NCBI GenBank assembly: GCA_030704615.1
Contig: CM060734.1
Location: 3,906,001-3,970,000 of the forward strand
DNA: 64,000 bases
Direction of reading: 5' to 3'
Origin: Takakia lepidozioides
Lineage: Eukaryota > Plantae > Bryophyta
Every line of letters starts with the position of its first letter. The first letter of the stretch is position 1. Positions 39,902 to 52,430 of the stretch are shown here, in pieces. The position numbers and the translations under genes were made by a program. Under the pieces are notes generated by a model. The model did no database searches. It saw only the letters and a list, made by a program, of their open reading frames with translations, and was not told the DNA's origin.

Positions 39902-42578
39902 AATCCCTGTTTGAATGCGATGGCGATCTGGAATTTCTTGGGCTTCCACTGCTGGAAGACACATTGTGCGGCAAGATGACGGGCCCTCGAGGTGCTGTCC
40001 GAATGTTCCTGTCGGATCTCCAGGAATCCTCTTCGCACCCGGGTTCCTCTTCAATCCTCCGCCTCACAGGGCGAGTACGGACGTCCCCCTCTAGGTGTTC
40101 ACCTCTGCGGTGCAGAGGTGTCCCTTCGATCTTCTCTCGCAATGTTGTCGCCCATTTCAGTGGATTCTTCGACCTCGAAGCTGTTCGCACCAACAATTCC
40201 TCCCTGTCCGGCCCAAAGCCCCATTGTTTCCTGCTCAGGAACTTATAGTACGTGGCTTGCTGCATGATTGCTCTGTCGATGTCCTCCGTTGTGGCCGTCA
40301 CTACGTCCACCAGATGTGCGGCAGAAGACGCTCGCCAGGAGGAGTGCACTGATTCTGCCATATTCGTGTTCGGCATGTCCGTGTCGGAATCTAAGCACCG
40401 CTCCTACAAGGACACAGACAATGGTGAGGAACCAATGGAAAGGTCCGTAATAAAAAGACAATTGCACGAAAATGACAGGATCATACCTCCCGCATGTACT
40501 GTCCGAACTGTCGATACCGGAAATGCCACCACCCCAACCAGCTGTGCAAGGCTCCCAGATTGGTTGTCTCCACTGCACCTGACGTGTTCCACCAAGCCTC
40601 GATGATAGCAAACTTAACCTCCGCGTCATCAAATGTGGGTGCATCCTTCCACGCCGTACAAAAGACACGGTGTTCAGCCTGGAATGAGCTAGCAACAAAT
40701 TTGGTAGTGTAGTGGGATAGACTCTGCATCCAATGGAATCCACAGGATCTCTCTTTCCCCTCCATTGGAACATTGGGGTCCTCACCGTACACACGCCGCA
40801 CCGCTGCCCAGTTGGCCTGAGCGTTGTCTGCCATGAATCCCCTGAAATTGGGCTCTGGCAATCCCGCCCTTGCCATCTGCTTGTTTATGCCCTCCCACAG
40901 ATGCATCTCCGACTGTGTGTCCTCCCCTTTCATCTCGCAGATTGCAATCGTCATGAGCCTCTTGGAGTGATTGTCATAAACATGCGCACCCATAGTCACC
41001 CACTGATGGTTTGTAATTCGCTTGATGTGATCAAACATCACCCAAGCATTCGACAGGTTTCCAGTTGTCATGCGAGTGACCAAGTCGACTCCACTCCCGG
41101 GCCCACACGTCGACATTTTAAAAATGTAACAACGATCGGATTCGCTACCTTGCCTTGGAAACCTGCTACCTTGGATGTAGTCATATCCAGTCATTCGTTT
41201 CACCTCCAGGATTGAGTGCATGTCCGACCCCCGGCCGAACTCCTGCTTGCAAGATACATGTGATTCCGCACATTCGGACTACAAACGTGCGAGACGGACT
41301 CCAACAGGTCAAGCATCTCCTTTTCGTTCAGGGCACTCGGTCTGAACCATCTTCAGACATGATTTTTCCAAGAGCAATCTTGTGGGCTGCCTTCAGCTGA
41401 ATCTGCTTTGGTCTTGCTCCGGGGCTCAATTTCACCTCCTCTTTTATGATGTCGTGTGCTTCCTGCACAGCCTCACGCATGTTGCCTCTCGCCAAGGGGT
41501 GGCAGTGGACCCCAACGTGTATGCAAGCTCTAGTCAAGTCCGGGAGCAAATGGATTACGTAATATTGCTTGGCTCTGCACATGGACATGCACGTCGGTGG
41601 TTCTTTGCAATGTGCGCACTTGAAAGTACCCGCAGGAGCTTGGCTGGAGACAATGAATGGATGATGCGTTGTGCCAGTCCAATCCGTCTCGTTTCTCCGC
41701 CCTCCTTTGGAAAGAAAGTGGAAGCAGGCGGGATTCAGGCACCTCAGCTTCCCCGCACAGAGGACGTATCGTACACGAACACCATCAGCAATTTTCGTGC
41801 TACTGGTCTTCGTCACACACCAGGGGTGTCCGTCATGCTTTCGATCCATGTCTGTTAACATCCCTGAGGCTTTGTTTGAGGAAGTGACAGGTGGAAACTC
41901 AAAGATGACATTGCCATCGACTTCGGGAGGCAGATACGTTACCTTCCTGACCGGAAATTTGGCATAGTCGAGAGCAGCCAGCTCGGAGCGAGAACCATCC
42001 AGGTGATGTTGTCGTAGGAGCTGCACAATGGACCGGGTTGGAGTTATGCTCGAGAGTACTTGCGTAGCACCTGCAGAGACGTCCATGTCGGATTTGAACG
42101 ACCGTGTGGAGGACATGGGGACCTCAATGCACTCATCTTCATCGTCGGAAATGTCAAATACATCCACACGAGAAGCTATGGAGGGTCTTGACGGTCCAGG
42201 TCGGGAATTATTATCGTTGCATACCTCTCTGTTGGCAGTGGCCACCTGTCGGTTTCCGGACTCCTTTGTGGATGGTGTGGGCAGCGACTGATTCGGAAAG
42301 GGATGGGGCATTCCCACAGCTCGGTATAGGATGATGTCTGATGGGGGTACGTGCCATTCGATTCCGCAACCTCCATCGTTACCTAGCACGACAATGGTCT
42401 CGTCAACCTGTCCAGGAACATCCTTCCTTTCTTCTTCCAAGTAAATTGTGCCCGGTTTGAGCTTGAATTTAGACCAAAGGTAAGTTTCAGTCACTCTGCA
42501 AAGTCCTCCCTCGTTTGGGATCCAGGCTCTCCCAAGTTGCGGAGGACAGTAAACTATAGCGTAGGAATTCGGAGCCAT
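39902..42578 (-). pseudogene. MULE-type DDE transposase with N-terminal GCM/WRKY-like zinc domain (two frameshifts ~41220-41335, intron ~40486-40391, 3'-truncated)
   Basis: DGHPW..CAGKLRCLNPAC..CAHC..CRAK..HVGVHCHP; WVMFDH; FMADNAQA; CGFHWMQSL (MULE CxxH); NTNMAES. Confidence 0.82.
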
Positions 42579-42958
42579 CGAACACCGCACGAAGTTGGCA
42601 AGTGCGAGGTTCAGTATAGCGACATACGAAGGCTCACAGGCACCATGCGGAGTCCATCGACGATTGGAAGTCGCACATTGAAGTGGAAAGTATAGTTTCA
42701 AGCTACATGCATGAAGGTGGGAGGTGTGATTCCATAGCCAGTAAGTTAGACAATGATGGCCGAATCGGCGACGAAATAACATCTCCTGACAGTTTCTCCT
42801 GAGGGTGGATCCAGCAGTATTCTCGGTACGTCAGGAGCGTTCGCACTGACAAGTGCCAGGACTGTTAGTTAAAACGGTCAGACAACCTAGTTGTGCTCAT
42901 CAAGACTGGCCGCAATTCTGTTGTTTCGGAACCATGCAACCCATTCAGGTTCAGCATG

Positions 42959-44572
42959 CGGAAATGAGGTTTCAGATTTCCGTCCGGACTGATTCTTTCG
43001 ATTGCTGCTGGACGGAAATACGTAGCCGCATTTCCGTATTGCGTCTTGGTCATGCACCAGAGCGACGGAAATGCGGCATCGAGTTTCCGTCCGGGCAAAA
43101 CCTTTACACTCTCCAGAACGGAAATGCGGTAACGCATTTCCATCCAGCAAGCACGGTATGTGAAGGTGGAACGGAAATGCGGTACCGCATTTCCGTTCTG
43201 ATTGAGAATCATGAACAAAGGGAAAAGAAATGCGGCACCGCATTTCCGTCCGAGTCGCACTTTCCGACATTCCAGAACGGAAATGCGGCACCGCATTTCC
43301 GCCCGGGTGAGACCTTCATACTCTCCAGAACGGAAATGCGGTAACGCATTTCCATCCAGCAAGCACGGTATGTGAAGGTGTAACGGAAATGCGGTACCGC
43401 ATTTCCGTTCTGATTGAGAATTATGAACAACGGGAACAGAAATGCGGCACCGCATTTCCGTCCGAGTGGCACTTTCCGACATTCCAGAACGGAAATGCGG
43501 CGCCGCATTTCCGTTTTGTATCTGATGCATGGAGCCGAGTGCAATTCCGATCGCTTGAGACTGCACAATTCCGACCGCTTCAGACATTCAGACTATCTAG
43601 AACGGAAATGAGGTACCGCATTTCCGTTCTGACTGTAAATCGTGAACCATTGGAACTGAAATGCGGCAGCGCATTTCCATCCGAGTCGCACCTCCCTCAC
43701 AAGCTAGAACGGAAATGCGGCACCGCATTTCCGTTCTTATGAAAAATCGTGAAACATCGGAACTGAAATGTGGTACAGCATTTCCGTCGGAGTCACACCT
43801 TCCGACATTCCAAAACGGAAATACGGCGCCGCATTTCCGTTTTGTATGTGAGGCATAGAGCTTTGGAACGAAAATGCGGCACCGCATTTCCTCCAGGGTC
43901 AGACCTTAATACTCTACAGAACGGTAATGCGGTACCGCATTTCCGTTCTGACTGAAAATCGTCAACAGCAGGAATAGAAATGCGTCGCAACTTCCGACAT
44001 TCTAGAACGAAAATGCGGCGCCGCATTTCCGTTTTGTATATGAGGCCTTGAGCTGTGGGACGGAAATGCGATGCCGCATTTCCATTTATGTGAGACCTTC
44101 AAACTTTCCAGACCGGAAATGCGGCACCGCATTTCCGTTCAGCTGAGACCTCTATACTTTCCCGAACGGAAATGTGGCACGGCATTTCCGTTCATCAACA
44201 AAGGTATGTGAAGGGGGAACGGAAATGCGGTACCGCATTTCCGTTCAGATTGAAAATCATGAACCACGGGAACTGAAATGCTGTGCCGCATTTCCGTCCG
44301 GATCGCACGTTTCGACATTCCAGAACGGAAATGCGGCGCCGCATTTCCTTTTTGTATCTCATACATGGAGCTGTGGGACGGAAATGCGGCACCGTATTTC
44401 CGTTCAACAACTAAGGTATGTGAAGGTGGAACGGAAATGCGGTGCCGCATTTTCTTCCAACAAGCACGGATGTGTAGCTTCGTGATGGTACTTAACGGAA
44501 ATGCGGTGCCGCATTCGCATTTTCACTCCAACTCCAAATTTGAACACGTGGAGCAACGGAATTGCGGCACAT
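42959..44572. repeat. Array of ~30 22-bp palindromes GGAAATGCGG(YR)CCGCATTTCC at ~53-bp period with 212-bp higher-order unit
   Basis: Starts at about 43014, 43066, 43120, 43173, 43226, 43279, 43332, 43385, 43438, 43491 ... 44327, 44380, 44433. Confidence 0.92.
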
Positions 44573-44833
44573 GTCTGTACTCTATCTGACTGAAGTAGCA
44601 TGAGGCCTGACCGTTGGATAATGATGTTTGTTTTTCGGACGGCAGGCGTATCCTGAACGATTCGAATTTCGTAATGACGCAAAGTCCACGAGGAGACACT
44701 TTCCTCCAACCCTTTCGAACCCAAGTGCTGCATCACCGCCGTTTCATCTGCTTTTGTCGTGTCTCCTCAGTCACCTCTCTCACGCCCTTTCCATCTGCAC
44801 TCTTCGCCCGTTTTCCCTGTCTCTTTTCTTCTT

Positions 44834-47800
44834 ATGCTCGAACCTGAGAGGGAGGGAGTGCGTGCACCAGAGAAGAGACATCGTCGCAAGCTCCGAAAAT
44901 TGTACTTCGGACGTAGGCCAATGCCGAAGGGGAGGAAGCAGATGCGACTACAGGAGGAGATTGCCATCTCGCAGCATCAAGCCACGCAGGCAACCCAGCC
45001 ACCAGTGAGAGCTCCGTGCTATCGGGATTCGCCAGCTGATCGAGCAACGAAACCCGCCTCATTTTTCTTCTGCAATTCTTAGACTGTATGCTAGGAGACT
45101 TGACTGCAGAAGATGTTTGCATGCCTAACCGGAAAGGTGGACGTGCTGGAGGGATCGCAGGAATCCGAAGAGCCGCAGGCAGAGTCCGTGGAGCTAGTTG
45201 CAGCACGCACACCCAGCCGATCCACGAGCACGGGTCTTCCTGCCGGTCCTAGCCCTGTGCGTTTTAAGGATGCGGCTTCGAAGGCCAAGTTTTTGCAGTT
45301 CAAAGCCCCAGAGAGCGACTCGCCTTCAAAGGTCATGGAGAATCGCCAGCAAGGGTCTAGCCCTTCTCTAGCAAAGATGAAGAAGAAGCAGCCCGTCCTT
45401 CAACTTGTTTCTGAACCGGACCAGGCCGTTTCCCCCCCACCCAAGCGAATGAAGCAGATTCAATTGCAGCAGACACCTTCACCTGCAAGAATGAGGAAGC
45501 ACAAGGCAATCAGGGGGAGGGCGGAGCAGTCTCCCGCAAAACCGATTCCACGAGCTGAAGCCCAGTTCTTGCTTGATTTCCAACCTGCTGCAGCGAAGCC
45601 AATGGGGTCGACCGTCGATCTGGTACCGGAGGAGGGTGCTGCCTCTCAACGTTCTCAGCAAGACCTGACCACAGTTGAGGAAGACCTGACCACTGAAGGC
45701 CTGGAGGAGGCCTCTGCAATTGCACAATTGTCCGCAAAGATTCCCCAGAGTGCAGCTCCAGTTGGGGATGCTCCAGCTGCTCAGCCCCTGCCGCCACCAG
45801 CAGAAATGTCTCCGGAGGAATTCCAAAGTGCAGCGGATACAATGTTGGAGGAGACACATAGTAGCATTGGCAGAGTTCTGGGCAGCAGGGTATTCCAGCG
45901 GACTCTTCGAATCCCACTCTGTCGCATGGTCTCCCTTCCCATCGTCAGGCAGGCACTTCCCGGAGATGTGGATAAGCTCAAGTTCGCATTTCGAGAAGGG
46001 TACCGTCTAGGTTCGCCAGCCTTCTACGTTTCCCTTGAGAATGAGGACGGCGAATCTCGTGGACCCACTGCGGAGGAATTGTCAACATGGGATACCCATT
46101 GGCACACTCGCAACAACGAATTCGAGGCAACCCTGAAGGGTGATCCCGACTTCGGCCATATGTCGGGTAAAATGTTCTTTGTGTGGGACGGGAATCACCG
46201 ACTTCTCGCCTGGTGGGAGTACATCAAGCAGAACCATGCCAAGCACATTGGCTGGCATTACATGGTGGAGTGTGTCATCCTCAAGGTGAAGGCGGCAGAT
46301 TCCTCCCTGCTCAAGAATGCCATGGCGGACCTCAACTCGTAAGATACTCATACCCTCCCAACCACGTTCGAAATGCGGTGCCGCATTTCGGTTTCCAATC
46401 TGTTTTGTTTCCGTGCTTCCGTGGACTGAACTGGAGAGTGTGCCTTGCAGGGTCACTGAAAAATGCGTACGTGCATACCCACATGGCACATATGCTGTAC
46501 AGGGTGAGGAAAACTGGTCTCACTGATCCGCACATGTTCGCGGAAATGCTGGAGCCCGAGCTCATTCAGAAAGCCGTGGCAAAAACTGACCGGACATGGT
46601 ATCGTCTCACTATGGATGGAATGGTGGAGGTGATATATGAAGTAAGTCGTCCTCCCATTCCCCTCTGCTCATCCTTCCCCAATTTCCGGTAATCTTTCCA
46701 CATGAATCGAATGTAATGCTTCTGCATGTTTTTGTTGGCAGTCAAACATCAAGCTGGATTTGGCCCATGCCAAACGCTTCTTCATGGAAAGTGAGGGGCA
46801 GGTCAAAACGTTGCAGTCATTGACTGAGCATTTGAAGGAAGCCGGGGTCAAGTCCAGAACGAAATACAAGTCAAAGCTTGTGAAGCTGGTGGCCATTGCA
46901 AATTCGGCACTTGGAAAGGACTTCATCCCCGAGATTGCAAAACACTATTCTCGGGCCATGCAGCCGACCATGCAGTTGGAGAAACTGCATCACCTCTCAA
47001 CGGCATGTGTTGAAGCGAAAGAGAAGGTGATGTTTCAATTCACTAAAGTTCCTTCCTAGCAATAGCCACTCTTCTTCCTGCTCCTGACATTGGATCAGAA
47101 ATGGCAGACACGGTGGTTGTCGATCTGGAATGCATCGGAGAGTATAAGGACAATGTGGTCTTTTCCACTCGAAGTTTCCGACCCTGCAGTGGATGTGTGG
47201 CTCAACCGCATGACTTGGTGGTTCCAGGTAATTCAAGGTACTTCCCCAGAGTTGCTTTTCTGAAATGAATTCCCTGAACTGCTACGTGACAATGCATGTG
47301 GGAATCGCAGGTAATGACGAATGCGAAGGAGCAAGTCGTAATGCATACAAATTCGTTCGGCTTGTACGTCAAATGGGATGGAACACAGACATTGGAAGAC
47401 TACGTGACACGTTTCAGATGTGCTTACAAGGACAACCTCTTCGCCAGGGAGCTACAGACAGCAAGAAGGAGCGTGGAGTTTACACATCAGGAGGGAGCGG
47501 GAAAAGCTGCAATGCGAATTGTTTACAAGTGAAGCCCAGCTGTCCTTGTACGCAAAGCCTGGTAATGAGGTTTGTCTGGGAAATGCGGCACCGCATTCGC
47601 ATTTTATGTTTATGCACTCTGCGAGTACGTTGGTCTCAACTTTTGCTCACGCATGCTGACTGCCCTGCAGGTATATGAAATACGTGCTTCTTCAGATAGG
47701 GGCCCTGGCTCAAGAGCCCCCGTTCTTCATGGCTTGGACCGTGGTGGGCCCAAGCTGTGTCTACACACCCGAGCTGCAGAAATAATGGCATGTCGCGCAT

Positions 47801-50392
47801 CTGGTTGGATGCCCGTGGTACCTGGACATGTCTGGCGGAATTGTTGACGAGTCTGAGAAAGATCTGCACGCGAAAGCAGAAGAGAAGAGAAAGGAAAGAC
47901 GTGTCCCTGCTCGGCCAGAGTCGGCAAAGGAAGCTGCTGCTCTGGAACAATCCAGAAAGGCAGCTGAGATGGCACAGAAAACGATGGATGCAGCTGTGCA
48001 GGCTCAACAAAAGGGGTCGAAGAAGCGGACTCGCCAGCAAGGAGCAGCAGTTGTGACACCCAAGAAAACGAAGAAGCAAAAACAGATAGTGCAGGTAGAG
48101 GGTGAGGAAGAGGACTCCGATGGAGACTTTGCAACCAGCCCACCCCCCGAGACGCAGCCAAAATCCCCTGTGCCCACCGTTGTCACGAGAGGGACGAGAA
48201 CTGGCTCGGCAAAGAAGGCACTCTTCAACCCCCCGGGGGGCACCCTTTCGAGCCGGTGGAAATGAAGAGGCCGAAAGTGGATCCCGATACAGTAGTCCAG
48301 TGTGTGAATGAGAGTTTCTTGGCGGCTTTGGATGGACGGGCAGCCAAGTTGGCATACATGAAGACCATGGAGGGTCTGAAGGGCAGAGCATTGAAGAAGG
48401 CGGCTGCCGAAGAGCCTTCCGACACCCCCGGGTTTTTGAAGATGGTCTCGTTCTTTGAGAGGGTGTGTGCAGACAAGGATTGCAGGAGGGGCGGAAATTC
48501 CACCGATTGGTCTTGCGATATGATCATCTTGGATATTCCAGACGGAGAGCCTATGGAAGGACTGCAAGCTTCGCCATCTTGGAACAGGTACTCCGAGGAC
48601 TTTTGGAAGAAAGGATTCGGGCTCGCCCGCATGGTGTTGGACGACAAAGGCTGTGTGGTTGTCCTGGCGAGCAGAGGCAAAAACACGCAGACAGGAATTG
48701 CGAAGTGGACCCGCAAGAGCGCCGTCCCAATTCTGAAGAAGAAGTGGACGTGCATCAACACATTGGGCCTTCGGTCGGAAGGGAAGAAGGTAATTACGAC
48801 CTTGGCACTCGTCCTTTCATTTTCTTAGGAGTCTTGAAATGCGGTGCCGCATTCGATTTCTAATCGTTCCCCACTGTGTATGTAGACGAAGCAGTTCGAT
48901 GCATACTGCTTTGTGAAGGAGAACTCCACCTTTGCTTTCCGGAAGGAGGGATTGTTGGTTGACCCGAACTGCAACCCCATCGATTACGACGTCCTGTTCA
49001 ACGTTCCCACAGAACTTCTCCCTCATAGCCTCACTTCAACTGAACCCCTGCGGTATTCACGCACTTGGAGCCCTGCCTTCATTCAGACAATTATGGAGAC
49101 ATGCACTGACGTGGAGGGCACAATGCTCGACCTCATCTGTGGGACAGGTATGCATAATCTTGTTGTATGTTTTTCTGCAAACTCTCGTTATGCTTTCATT
49201 CGCAACATCTGAAGGGCCATGTCATAATGTGTGGATGGCATTGTAACATGTGCCTCAATGTGGGCTGGGGGGTTTTCCGACCGGCACCTCTTTGCCTACG
49301 AGGAGGACACAAGCGTCTGGGGATCCCATCTGGAAGGGCTACAACGGAATGTGAAGGCTCCCATTGAAGTCAAAGACTCCTCGGATTCGTCGGAGTCGGA
49401 GGAAGAGACAGTGGACATTGATGCCGAGGAGAACCCGGAATACGAGTGAGTGCAAACATTGTAAGTTTGCAAAGCCTTCTGGGTGATTTTTTGTCAAACG
49501 CATTTCCGAACTGTGGTTCTCATTGGTCTCTATGGTGATTGTTATATGCAGGATTGGAGGATCCGGGTCGAAACATGTAAGGCCTACACTTCCTGCCAGG
49601 AAGAATGTCCCGTTCTTTGCGAGGGCCGACTTCATGACGAGCCCGGTGAAGGACTACTCCCTTCCTAGTTATGCAGCTAAACTCGAAAATACAGCGATTA
49701 GACGATGTGAGAATCCCAGTAAAGTAGAGCAGATTTTGGAGAGGGCTAGGGAGGACAGAAGGATAAGGAAAGAGTTAGCAACAGCTGAGGCAGGTAGACG
49801 GGTGCTAGGAGTGATGGAGAGGGCGCGTCTAATGGAGTGATAGATGTTGAGGTGTAGAGTCCATGCACGTTTTTGGGCGGGTGAGATAGCCTCCATTTTG
49901 TGTGGATCGAGTAGTTTGTGGGAGGTCCGGGGGAGAGGAGCACGTAGCCAAGACGCTTTTAGTCATTTCTTGCATAGTGGCTGTAAGTAGGTTTTCAGGT
50001 ATGGCCCATACTTCAGTGGGGGGAAGGTTGGTGTCTAACAGTATTGGGGATATTTTGTGTATGAAAGTTAGAGGAGGCAGTTTGGAAGTGTTTTTGGAAG
50101 GCTGTGATATTGCACTGTGGTATAGGTGAGAGGATCCGCAGCTGTGGGGGCGGGGTGAGTATATCCGGAAGGGGTCGAAAAGGGACGAGGTGATTCAGCG
50201 GATGAGAGCGATGCAGACAGGGAGGACGACGAGCCAACAGAGGTGAGATGGTCGGTTCCGCAAGGTGAAGATGGGATTTTCGAAAGCCTGGCCAACGACC
50301 AGTCCGCTGGAGATGAGAAAGGCAATGACGGGGTGGAGGCGGAGCAGGACAGTCAAGAACAGGCCGACAGTAGTGATGATTTTCAAGATTAA
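44834..50392 (+). pseudogene. Multi-exon gene: ParB-like domain fused to beta-class N4C/N6A DNA methyltransferase-like domain, acidic tail; frameshifted in this copy
   Basis: Phase-compatible GT-AG exons 44834-45004, 45137-46338, 46451-46641, 46742-47026, 47099-47227, 47311-47528, 47671-48789, 48886-49147, ~49235-49445, 49552-~49793, ~50140-50392; FFVWDGNHRLLAW (DGNHR at 46187-46201); DMIILDIPDG (DIPD 48532-48543), RMVLDDKGCVVV, SPAFIQTIMETCT..GTMLDLICGTG (49129), RHLFAYEED. Confidence 0.75.
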
Positions 50393-50530
50393 TACAATTT
50401 TAATGAACTCTCTGTACATTTAAATTCAATTCCAGAGTATATAAAATGGAATTCTCCCCGTCCTTCATGTCCCCTCTCCCATGTGCTTCTAAATGACAAC
50501 ATCGTCCAAACCTGGTCCCTCCCAAAATCA

Positions 50531-51575
50531 GAAATGCGGCACCGCATTTCAATGTCTGAACAGAAATGTGGAAACTGAAAAAACCTCATTTGGAAATGCG
50601 GCACCGCATTTCCAAAACCGGGGCAAGAACAAATTTCCGATTCATGGTTTGGACTTCAGAAACTGTTCAGACAAATGGAAATGCGGTGCCGCATTTCCGT
50701 TTCCGACACTGCAGTTTTGCCGATTGGCAGCTCCTTCCATGGATGTAAATCGAAATGCGGAGGTCGAACATGGAAATGCGGTGCCGCATTTACCTTTTGG
50801 AGATGGACATTTTTCCAACTGCAGACCCATCGACGTTCTTGGGCTCCCAATTCCATGATGCTAGACGGGAATGCGGCACCGCATTCCATTGTCCAATAAG
50901 AAATTTCGATGACGTACATGGAAATGCGGCGCCGCATTTCCAAAAGGGACATCGATGTTTGCCCAATTCCAGACCCTTTGATGGAAATGCGGCACCGCAT
51001 TCCATCGTCCTATAAAAACTTACATTGTCCTATAAAAACTTTCAATTGCCCAACATGGGAAGTGCGGCGCCGCATTTCAAAAACAGACATCGTTGTTTGT
51101 CCAATTCCAGACCCGTGTGGGCATTCCGTCTTGATGGACGGAAATGCGGCACCGCATTCCATTGTCCGATTCGATATTTTGATGACAGACATGGAAATGT
51201 GGTGCCGCATTTCCAGAACGAACATCGTTGTTTGTCCAATTCCAGACCCTTCGACGGAAATGCGGTACCGCATTCCATTGTGCTCTCCGGAAATGTTGTG
51301 CCGCATTTCATTGTCCGGTACGAAATTTTGATGACGGACATGGAAATGCGGTGCCGCATTTCAAGTATGGACATGGACAAGCATTACCGACTGGACATGC
51401 TTGGATAGTGCAAGGTCGAATATGGTGTTGCGGCGCCGCATTTCAAATTCAAAGTATGGTAATGCCATGTCAGGAAATGAAATGTTGTACAGCATTTCCG
51501 TTACGACGACAGCGGAGGAAAGGGAGCTGCCAGAAAAAGCTTCATGGAGAAAATGGAATGCGGTGCCGAAATTTC
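50531..51575. repeat. Second array of the same palindrome (~17 copies, irregular spacing)
   Basis: GAAATGCGG(YR)CCGCATT at ~50531, 50592, 50677, 50772, 50868, 50920, 50983, 51140, 51256, 51342 etc. Confidence 0.9.
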
Positions 51576-51851
51576 GAGCTTCGGCGTGTACATGTTTCCT
51601 ACAACTCGTACATGGATTTTCATCACCTCAGGACTGTGATATCGCTGACTCTGGTATATTCATATGGACAGACACATTGTAGAAATGAGACCTCAAATTG
51701 TAAACAGTGGGCCAATTACGGCAGTTCTTGAACACGATGAAACACAAGCACACAGAAGTGAGGTACGATGGGTTGTTTTATTGATCGAACACGGTGTCTC
51801 ACATTTAGCAGCTCCAGACAAATCTAAGCCCTTCCTCCTTCTACATGGGTG

Positions 51852-52430
51852 TCACCAAGTCGACGGAACTTCGATAGCCCTCAAAACTAGCTCATTACTG
51901 ATGCGGCATCTCGAGGTAAACTGCAATGCGGTCGATCTGGTGCCCTTGGTGGAGCTGACGACAATGTCATACCCATCAATCATACCACCATCATACATCG
52001 ACAAGGTCACTGTGGGCCTCCTGTGCCCGTGCGATTCGTCTTCGCAACTCAGCCGAATATCTCCATACACTGGAAAAGCGGAGTGAACTCCACGAATATA
52101 GTTTTCCCCGGTGCCGTCCTCCCTGGTCCACTGGCAGTAGTTCCAGCGCCAAAGTGAGGCCGTGTGTGATCTGTCCGACATCCCATTCCACCTTGGTATA
52201 TCGAGGTCAACAATTTTCAGGACCCACGGACCGCATTGACCCTCGCCCTCACCTCGCTCAAAGCGGTAATAGCCCTCCAGATACTCCATTGCGCGCAAAG
52301 ACTCCCGCTTGATTCCAGATGCGTCTGTGAAAAGTGAAAGCCAGACAATGATGTCTCCTGATTGTGGTTTGAACATAGCATAATCGTGGCCATGATAAGG
52401 GCAGTCAGCAGGATTTCGGCAGCACGGCAT
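51852..52430 (-). CDS. Orphan protein 1 (192 aa), paralog of 52987-53550
   Basis: Intact ORF from MPCCRNPADCPY; aligned motifs DYAM..SGDI..W, EY..G.Y.FERG, PW.L.I.D, RWN.CQWT, P.YGDI, DGGMI.G.DIVV, A.QFT, ELV.RA.EVP. Confidence 0.78.
   Translation of the reverse strand: MPCCRNPADCPYHGHDYAMFKPQSGDIIVWLSLFTDASGIKRESLRAMEYLEGYYRFERGEGEGQCGPWVLKIVDLDIPRWNGMSDRSHTASLWRWNYCQWTREDGTGENYIRGVHSAFPVYGDIRLSCEDESHGHRRPTVTLSMYDGGMIDGYDIVVSSTKGTRSTALQFTSRCRISNELVLRAIEVPSTW

Noticed and set aside
42959-44572. CRISPR array (22-bp palindromic repeat plus ~31-bp spacers)
   Set aside because: Spacers recur in a 212-bp higher-order unit, repeats are degenerate, there are no cas genes and the context is eukaryotic with introns
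42853-44589. Many overlapping ORFs (EMRRRIS / KCGTAF / GNAAPHF), also at 50389-51731
   Set aside because: Six-frame translations of the palindrome arrays
44834-50392. Bacterial contamination as the source of the ParB-MTase gene
   Set aside because: Multiple phase-compatible GT-AG introns and nesting within plant transposons
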